Shown: positions 57,193 through 64,000 of the stretch, in pieces | How the letters are laid out: each line of letters opens with the position of its first letter | Position numbering within the stretch: the first letter of the stretch is position 1 | Source: Polyangiaceae bacterium | GTDB taxonomy: Bacteria > Myxococcota_A > Polyangia > Polyangiales > Polyangiaceae | Reading direction: 5' to 3' | Length of the DNA stretch: 64,000 nucleotides | NCBI GenBank assembly: GCA_965222375.1 | Contig: CBDCTZ010000011.1 | Location: 448,001 to 512,000, forward strand | Notes under the pieces: generated by a model | The model's input: only the letters and a program-made list of their open reading frames with translations | Database searches by the model: none | What the model was told of the DNA's origin: nothing | Position numbers and translations under genes: made by a program

Positions 57193-60100
57193 CTATCCTC
57201 CAAAAGGCAGTAGCGGAATCGGCGTCGTTGGCAACTGCCCTGGCTGGCCTAGCGGTTCGACGCTTATGGGGGGTGGTTCGGATCCACTGAGTGTCGGCGC
57301 CAAATTGCGATCCAAGTATCGGCTGTCGCGCGGGATCGAGGGCTTTGGAGAATTGAGTCGGTCAAGCGGTATCCGCGTGGTGATCGGCTTGTGACCTTGA
57401 CGAAAGATCGTGGCGGGGACATCAGACAAGCCAGCCTCGCGCGCTGCAAGCGAGCGTCGGACTCCGTCTTGGATGTAGTACTGGGCGTTTGGTCCGGCGT
57501 TTGCGACACCGATCCCCCGTGCCGCCGAGGCCGCCTCTGCACCGGCGGCCGTTCGCACGATTGCGCCCGATCCTTTTATAATCGCGCCCCCCATCACAAA
57601 GAAGTCCCCGACTAGACCCACCGTGGCAATAGCTTTTGCTGCGTGAGACGCGTTGGGGTCGTAGATAACCCGCAGGTTTCCGTAGAACGGAATGTAGCTC
57701 GCTGCTGAACTGGGTGAGATCAACGGACCGCGCTCGGGAAAGCCGACGCGCGTCACGGGTAGGCCCTTGAGCAGGTCGCGAATTCCTCTGTCTCTCAAAT
57801 CAATCAGATTCGGGTCTTGTGTGAGTGCATCCCCGAACAGAAGCCCCGGCTCGCCCGCCGTTGCCACCCCGAATCCTCGCGTCAAACGTAGGGGCTGCTC
57901 GACGAAATTCGGACTCTCGGGGCGATTAGGGGAAGAGGTTGTCGGAGCGCTGTGGAGCGACGCTCCAATTAGTCCCGCGCCCAAGGCGCCGAGCTTCTCC
58001 AGTGCGAGTTGACACACGGCATTCAAGATGTCGCACGCGTAGACGGGTAACGGCACGAATCCCGACGGGTCTGTAAACGCAAGGGGATTGTTGTAGGCGT
58101 AGCTGTATCGGTTTAGACCTTGGGTGTCGGAGGAGGGCACGAGGGGATCTGCGCTGAGGAACCGGCCAGTGCGGGGATCGTAGTTACGAGCACCGACGTG
58201 GACGCCGGAAAGCTCGGGCGCTTCTTCGTGTCCACCGAATCCCAGAAGAGTGCCCTCGTAAGCCGGACTCTGAAACGAAACAGACTTGTGCCCAAACGGG
58301 TCAAAGGTCCTCCGTTCTAGCGGGGTTCCGTCCGGAGCCAGTACTACCTCAGGCGATCCAACCTGGTCCGTGAGCAGAAGCCGCACTTTTCGCGTTCCGC
58401 CGATGCTGACGACCTCCGCCGTCCCGCCGCCCGGCAGTGGCACCATGGCGGTCTCTCGGTCGTCCCCGTCCTCTTGAATCCGGTAGTAGAGTCCAGGGAA
58501 CCGGGTGACCGTGCGCGACGGGCCTCGGCTCCGCACCCGCTGCTGTAGTGCGTCGTAGTCATACTCCGTGGCCTGGGTGAGGGATGTGGTCCAGGATCGA
58601 GTGGGAGCTTGGAAGGAGTTGTAGTCGACGTGCAGCTCGCCTAGCGGTCCGGGGAGCCTCTCGGTCAATTGCCCCTTGCTGTCATACTTGAAAAGCTGCT
58701 GTGCGGTGCCGGAGACAATTTCCGTTACTGCGTGTGGGAGCGCACTCAGAGCGTAGTCATAGGCCCCCATTCCTGCCTTTGACTTGATGTTTCCGGATGG
58801 GAAGTAGTCGTGGGCAAGAGGGACCCCGTTGCGGTTCTCGTGGACGAGGCGCGCCTCCTCATCGTACGCAAACGTCCGATCGATGCCGGCGACAAGATCA
58901 ACGGAGCGACGCACGTTCCCTGAGTTGTCATACTCGAATGCCCGCTGCTGTTGCGCGATCAGCGGATTGACAAAAGCACTAATTGAGACGACACGACCGA
59001 TCTCTGGATCGTATGACCTTTCTCGCATGACGCTGCCGAGTGTCTCTCGGGTGAGTTGCCCGAAGTCATTGGTCTCCTCGAGGCGCCAAAGCGGAATACC
59101 CGAAGTGCCTTCCACGACCTCGGTGACGTTGCCCTCTTGATCATAGGAGTGTTGGGTCCGGACGGGCGTCGGCGCAGTTCTATTGGGATACTCGACGGTC
59201 TTTGGACGCTGGAACAGGTCTCGCGAAGTGATCGTCGTGGCGTATGTTTGTCCCCCAACTACGCGCGCGACTCTTTGCAGTCTGCCAAAGCCGTCGTACG
59301 TGAAGTTGACGCTCGTGCCCTGCGGTGTGGTTGCGGAGCTCAGGCCTGCGGCTGGACCGTCGTCCCACACGTAGGACGTGGGGGCCTGACCCGCCTCAGT
59401 TCGCAGCAGGATCCGACCGAGGTTGTCCCGAGCGCGAAACACGGTCACACCGTTCGCATCGGTGCTGGAGAAAAGCTCATCGAAGGCGGTGTAGGAATAG
59501 GTGCTCGAGCCGAGGTCGGGATCGCTGCGAGAAACGATGCGACCGCCTGTGTCGGTGGCGATTGTGGTCACGTTCCCATCTGCGTCGGTGACCTTTCGAA
59601 GGTGCCCAAAGGGCCCGTGCTCAAATGAGACCCGGCGTCTCGATGACAGCCCCTTGTGTAGCGCGGTCGCGACGGAGTCGCATGATTGATCGGTGTCGCT
59701 TGGCTGGGCTTCGTATGTGGATTGCAGCCGACCACGTTGGTCCGTCGTGCTGCAGTGCAGGTAGCCCCGGGCGTCCCGGAGGCACGTTGTGTTCCCGGCG
59801 TAACATGTAGAGCGCCGCGTCCCGTCGGGTAGAACAACTAGCGTCGGACGGTTCGCACCATCGTACGAGTACTTCGTGACCGGCGCGGAGCCAGTGCTTG
59901 GCCGCATGGTCTCGGCAACGCGGCCAAGAACGTCGAACCGAGTGACCTGTTGGAGTGTCTTGTCGAGCGCGGCGGTCTCTTGCCTGCGTGCGGCACGAGA
60001 GAGATTGTCGAACCAGGTTGTTACCGTCCCCCGACCTTCGGTTCGCGTTCGAACTCGATAGGGTTGATAAGGATTTGTGTCAGGCTCGTGCTCGATTACG

Positions 60101-63100
60101 GTTTCGACGCCGTCCGCCGATCGCGCGAATCGCGGCCGCCCAAAGCCGTCATACAGACGCAGTGTTTCCAGTGGCGGAGAGCTGCCGGCCCTTCCAAGGA
60201 GCCGCGTGCGTATCGGGTATCCGGCCACGTGGTTGAACGCCATCTCAGTGCCGTAGCCCTCGTCGTCGAGAGAACGCAGAGGGAAGATCGCTCGCGCTTC
60301 GTACTTGGTAGTCTGGACGCGCGTCGCCAGCGCAGTGACTTGTCGGGTCTCGATCACATTACCAAAGACGTCTCGAGAAAACCGGGTTTCGCGTCGCAGC
60401 GGCACATTATCGGGCTCTCGCAGCAAGCTCTCCATTCGCCCGTTTGTGTCATACGCGAATGCTTGCTGTCGGGTTTGAATCAGGCCTCCCGAGGACTCCG
60501 TGTGGCTTACCTCAACAGGCAGAGCGACAAGCCAAGAGGAAAGGAATGCCGGCGTGACCTGGTGCGCGTATTGGGAAACAATGATTTCAGACTCGCCACT
60601 CGTCCACTGTGACGCGGTGCGTGTTGTGTTGCCGAACTGGTCAACTTCGATGTCCGTATCCATGCCATGGGAGGCACGAACGGCACCGCCGACGAGCTCC
60701 GTCGAGCCCGTGAGCACGTGGCTCGCGTAGACAAAGTACTGCGCCGGGTCCGTCTGCGTGGCGGGTGCGTTCTCGCGCACGACTAGCGCACGGGAAGTCG
60801 TGTTGATCAATTCGATTGGCGCGCCTTCTGCCGTGGTTTCCCCTGTTTGCGTCTGTTGGGCATGGAACCGAGGCACGCCTGCGAAGGGGTAGGATCTCGT
60901 CGAATCGTCGTAGAATGTGTTGTCGTAGACCGTCGTTTCCGTGAGAGGCACGGCGGCAATTCCTCTCTCCGGCTCGGTCTTTCGGCGGAGACCAAACCCA
61001 AGCCACCCCCTTCCATTCAGGCCCGAGAAGCTATCTCCGTACTTGTGCTTGAACATCCTTGCAGGCGTACCAGCTAGGTTGGGCCCCATAAGCACGCGAT
61101 GCTCGGCCACGACAGCGTGACGAGGCTGCCGGCAAAGCAGCGTTACTCCGCATTGGCTGAGCGCGGAAGCGTTCCGAACTCCCAAATACACGTCCGCGTT
61201 CGTGAGGTTTCCGTACGAAATCTCAATGTGACGGCCGAGTCCATCCGTCACAGCCACAAGTCGAGGGTTGGAGCCGGTGAGCGAGCGGTGGAGGGAGTAG
61301 CTCTCCGACGCAAACTCAGCGAGCATGAGGTCTCCGATTCCGTTCCCGTCGGGGTCCAGAGTGATGATTCGCTCGCCGATCTTTGGCCACGTCGGGTCAG
61401 TTTCGTGGTGTTCGAGAACGAACCCCGCAAACGCCCCAGCTAGGCCGGGAGAGACACCTGCCGTACTCCGGAGAACCGACCAGTTCTGATTGCCATCGAT
61501 CCCCACGAGGATATCCCCACGACCGTCGCCATTCACGTCGAGGACTGGGCCGCCAGGGATCGGCAGGGGTTGGCTCGCAACTCGCCTGAAAACGTCTGAG
61601 CCGACGCCCGCGCCCGTGTTTACCCAGGTCTCAAGCTCCTCAGACTCTGGGGAGTGGGCGACGAGGTCAGTGAGTCCATCCCCATTGACGTCGACGGGGG
61701 TGGCTGGCCAGGGCACCTTGGTCTTGATGAGCTCCACTCGGACAGGGAGTTGGGGGTCGACGTCTGCTCCAGTGTCTAGAAAGCGTACGCCGAGCGCTAG
61801 TTGCTCGATGTCGGTTTCCGAAAGCGCGTGCTGGACGAAGAGCTCCTGTTGCCCGTCTCGATCCGTGTCCAGTGCCATATGCACATGGTGACAGGAACCA
61901 TTGTAGTCAACTCGGCGTTCAACGAACGAAAGTGACCCGCTAGCGCCCACTACGGGACGAACCAACGTCCAGAAGCGTTTCTTGTCGAGATCTAGCGGAC
62001 CCCGACATCGCAGCCACTCACTTTTGCCGTCACCGTCCAGGTCGAGTGCAAATGTCCTACCGGCATGCTCGAATTCGTTCGTACAGGAGGCCATTACGCC
62101 AGTATCCTTTGGCGTGAACTTGCCGTTCTCCCAGTCTAGGTAGCGGTAGATGTCTTTCCCGCAGCCCCAAGGCTCATAGAGAATCTCGTCGCGGCCGTCC
62201 CCGTCGATGTCGATCACCTTGAATGGATAGTCGTACTGGCCGTTGGCTAGTTCTGGGTTCGGAAAGGGCTGGAGTGGCATGTTCACTCCGGTGTCCTGCA
62301 ACACAGTTCCTCCCCAGAGGATCTGCCAGCGTTTGGTCAACTCCGGCAGTCCCGGCCCCGACGCGGGAACAGCCATGAGCAAGTCGTCGCGTCCGTCACC
62401 GTTGGCGTCGAGTACGATGTCGCCGACCCGGGTAGCAGCAGGCCCGCGCGGCGGGTTGGGGCCCGCCAGTTCCGGTGCGGACAGGCCCGTCTGTGTGTTG
62501 TCGTAGAAGAACCGGGTAGCTGGTTTGCAGACCCACTGGGGGTCCAGCGGTGACTTCGGCGCGCAGTCTTCCACCTTCTCCAGCACCGCAGACGCTCGCT
62601 CGCTACGAGCGAACCCGTGCGTAAGTTGGTACCGCCGTACCAATGTCCCTCCAATCCTGATGTCAATTCGCGATAGCAGCCGGTCGTTTTGGTAGAACCA
62701 GCCGTTTGCGTAGCTCGTCTTCGGGTCTTCGCGTGTCGAGTAGAAAAAGGAGACCTGCGTGTCGGGAACGAGTGCTGTTTCGTGCCCATTGTAGCGGACC
62801 CAGTCGGGTCGATGCCATGTGCGGGGGCCGTGTCTCTGGTCATAGGTGGTAGACAGCTGCGAGACGTATTCAATGAAGTTCCCGTTGCGGTCTTCCGTCT
62901 TTGTCCGTTGCCAGACATCGCGGAGCGGCACGAATGGCTCAGTTAGGGCAGGTGCGGCGAAGGTATCGATCGAGCCGTCTCGTCGGTACACAGTCCAGGA
63001 ATCGGGCGCGGCTGCTTTGGCGGTCCGGTGCGAAATGACTTTGGTGCCCGGCTCGCGCTCCGGGTGGTATTCCGCTCCATCCTCGCCCGCGACGTATCCC

Positions 63101-63666
63101 TCGACGGGCACTAGCCTCTGACCGTCAAGGCAGTACTCATCGGTATCGTCGTTCCGGACGCCGCGAGCCCTGCTGTCCTGGGCAATCGTCTGCGCGCAGC
63201 GCGTGACAACGGAGTAGCCCTCCAGCGTCCATCCTTGACCAACGAAGCCGTTCGGCGCAGCGCTGTCGTAGCGTAGCGCAAGGCGTGGCACCAAACCATT
63301 GCGACCTGGTGGCAAGTCGAGCGTCACTCGGTACTGCGCCTGACCCACATCGCTAACGTGAAACGTGCCCCGCGCTGAACCCACGGGTTTGGTCTCTAGA
63401 TGGATGGGTTCAACGTCGGGCGGAGTGTTCGTTGGGTCGAACGTGTCAACGCACTGCCCATCAAGTGAACAGAAGAGCCCATCGGAACACACGCCGCACA
63501 CATCACCGCAGCCGTCTGAGCCACAAGATCGCCCCTCGCACTGGGGCACACACTCGGCTGGCGGGGGGCCACCACCGCCCCCGCATGAAACGGAGATCAC
63601 CGCAGCAGCGAGCACGAGCAGAATGAAACGAATGCGGGCCACAAGTTCGAATTGCACAGGTCTCAT
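57193..63666 (-). CDS. Lipoprotein-anchored SpvB/FG-GAP/RHS-repeat polymorphic toxin
   Basis: Lipobox ISVSC; LPPGRNGLVPRLALRYDS..G.GW (SpvB-like); D.NGDG..D FG-GAP repeats; YD repeats; ARNYDP.TGRFLSADP..NRYSYAYNNPLAFTDPSG core end at about 58060; and a C-terminal extension of about 288 aa. Confidence 0.95.
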   Translation of the reverse strand: MRPVQFELVARIRFILLVLAAAVISVSCGGGGGPPPAECVPQCEGRSCGSDGCGDVCGVCSDGLFCSLDGQCVDTFDPTNTPPDVEPIHLETKPVGSARGTFHVSDVGQAQYRVTLDLPPGRNGLVPRLALRYDSAAPNGFVGQGWTLEGYSVVTRCAQTIAQDSRARGVRNDDTDEYCLDGQRLVPVEGYVAGEDGAEYHPEREPGTKVISHRTAKAAAPDSWTVYRRDGSIDTFAAPALTEPFVPLRDVWQRTKTEDRNGNFIEYVSQLSTTYDQRHGPRTWHRPDWVRYNGHETALVPDTQVSFFYSTREDPKTSYANGWFYQNDRLLSRIDIRIGGTLVRRYQLTHGFARSERASAVLEKVEDCAPKSPLDPQWVCKPATRFFYDNTQTGLSAPELAGPNPPRGPAATRVGDIVLDANGDGRDDLLMAVPASGPGLPELTKRWQILWGGTVLQDTGVNMPLQPFPNPELANGQYDYPFKVIDIDGDGRDEILYEPWGCGKDIYRYLDWENGKFTPKDTGVMASCTNEFEHAGRTFALDLDGDGKSEWLRCRGPLDLDKKRFWTLVRPVVGASGSLSFVERRVDYNGSCHHVHMALDTDRDGQQELFVQHALSETDIEQLALGVRFLDTGADVDPQLPVRVELIKTKVPWPATPVDVNGDGLTDLVAHSPESEELETWVNTGAGVGSDVFRRVASQPLPIPGGPVLDVNGDGRGDILVGIDGNQNWSVLRSTAGVSPGLAGAFAGFVLEHHETDPTWPKIGERIITLDPDGNGIGDLMLAEFASESYSLHRSLTGSNPRLVAVTDGLGRHIEISYGNLTNADVYLGVRNASALSQCGVTLLCRQPRHAVVAEHRVLMGPNLAGTPARMFKHKYGDSFSGLNGRGWLGFGLRRKTEPERGIAAVPLTETTVYDNTFYDDSTRSYPFAGVPRFHAQQTQTGETTAEGAPIELINTTSRALVVRENAPATQTDPAQYFVYASHVLTGSTELVGGAVRASHGMDTDIEVDQFGNTTRTASQWTSGESEIIVSQYAHQVTPAFLSSWLVALPVEVSHTESSGGLIQTRQQAFAYDTNGRMESLLREPDNVPLRRETRFSRDVFGNVIETRQVTALATRVQTTKYEARAIFPLRSLDDEGYGTEMAFNHVAGYPIRTRLLGRAGSSPPLETLRLYDGFGRPRFARSADGVETVIEHEPDTNPYQPYRVRTRTEGRGTVTTWFDNLSRAARRQETAALDKTLQQVTRFDVLGRVAETMRPSTGSAPVTKYSYDGANRPTLVVLPDGTRRSTCYAGNTTCLRDARGYLHCSTTDQRGRLQSTYEAQPSDTDQSCDSVATALHKGLSSRRRVSFEHGPFGHLRKVTDADGNVTTIATDTGGRIVSRSDPDLGSSTYSYTAFDELFSSTDANGVTVFRARDNLGRILLRTEAGQAPTSYVWDDGPAAGLSSATTPQGTSVNFTYDGFGRLQRVARVVGGQTYATTITSRDLFQRPKTVEYPNRTAPTPVRTQHSYDQEGNVTEVVEGTSGIPLWRLEETNDFGQLTRETLGSVMRERSYDPEIGRVVSISAFVNPLIAQQQRAFEYDNSGNVRRSVDLVAGIDRTFAYDEEARLVHENRNGVPLAHDYFPSGNIKSKAGMGAYDYALSALPHAVTEIVSGTAQQLFKYDSKGQLTERLPGPLGELHVDYNSFQAPTRSWTTSLTQATEYDYDALQQRVRSRGPSRTVTRFPGLYYRIQEDGDDRETAMVPLPGGGTAEVVSIGGTRKVRLLLTDQVGSPEVVLAPDGTPLERRTFDPFGHKSVSFQSPAYEGTLLGFGGHEEAPELSGVHVGARNYDPRTGRFLSADPLVPSSDTQGLNRYSYAYNNPLAFTDPSGFVPLPVYACDILNAVCQLALEKLGALGAGLIGASLHSAPTTSSPNRPESPNFVEQPLRLTRGFGVATAGEPGLLFGDALTQDPNLIDLRDRGIRDLLKGLPVTRVGFPERGPLISPSSAASYIPFYGNLRVIYDPNASHAAKAIATVGLVGDFFVMGGAIIKGSGAIVRTAAGAEAASAARGIGVANAGPNAQYYIQDGVRRSLAAREAGLSDVPATIFRQGHKPITTRIPLDRLNSPKPSIPRDSRYLDRNLAPTLSGSEPPPISVEPLGQPGQLPTTPIPLLPFGG

Positions 63667-64000
63667 GGTGTTTTTCTCTCGCAGTTGAGGTTGTTCTGCT
63701 TGATGGGCGGCACGTGACGTCGGCGAGGAATGTGGACGATTTCACGCGCGCGCGCGGAGTGATACGCGTGCCCTAGCTTCAATCGACTCCTCATGTTGCC
63801 CCGCCGCGCGATCGAAACGCGCGAAGATACGATACGGGAAACAAGAACCCTCGATGTCCAGTTTCTTGCGGCCGCGCGAATTTAGGTGTGCGGGTGTGTG
63901 CTTGCAATGAACCTCCGCGTGGTGCGTCACGTAGCGCAACCGTTTCGCGGTTCATCCCGGCGCTGCACGCCATCCGATAGCGTCTAACTCTCAACATGTG

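Noticed and set aside
63667..64000. Short ORFs upstream of the RHS gene
   Set aside because: They have no motifs and are probably promoter or intergenic sequence cut by the window edge.

Overview
GC-rich window from what looks like a myxobacterium, probably Polyangiales. This is inferred from MYXO-CTERM tails, Cys/Gly-rich lipoproteins and Ser/Thr kinase remnants. From 1-13 kb it is mostly housekeeping: 5'-truncated recN, fdhD, dapE, dapD, ndk and sucCD. From 13-35 kb it holds signalling, envelope and lipoprotein genes, a pentaheme MYXO-CTERM cytochrome, hutU and an sqr-tusE-dsrE sulfur operon. The best candidate for an undescribed system is a tightly coupled 10-gene operon at 38.0-46.5 kb. 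It encodes a non-canonical acyl-CoA-dehydrogenase-fold protein, a signal-less PhnD-fold protein, an SDR epimerase, a radical SAM enzyme with a TusA-like domain, DUF2064 and GT2 transferases, and then a heme-bearing beta-barrel plus small cytochrome/lipoprotein genes. A GT-C/YceI pair is divergently transcribed from it. From 47-50 kb there are polysaccharide genes, and 50-56 kb is a graveyard of gene fragments bracketed by IS91-family transposase pieces. From 56-64 kb there is a lipoprotein-anchored SpvB/FG-GAP/RHS toxin whose tip looks like a circularly permuted ParB/Srx domain, followed by a candidate immunity gene and two paralogous 12-Cys lipoproteins. I recognised no rRNA, tRNA or CRISPR array. 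All family calls come from motif recognition by eye; no searches were run.
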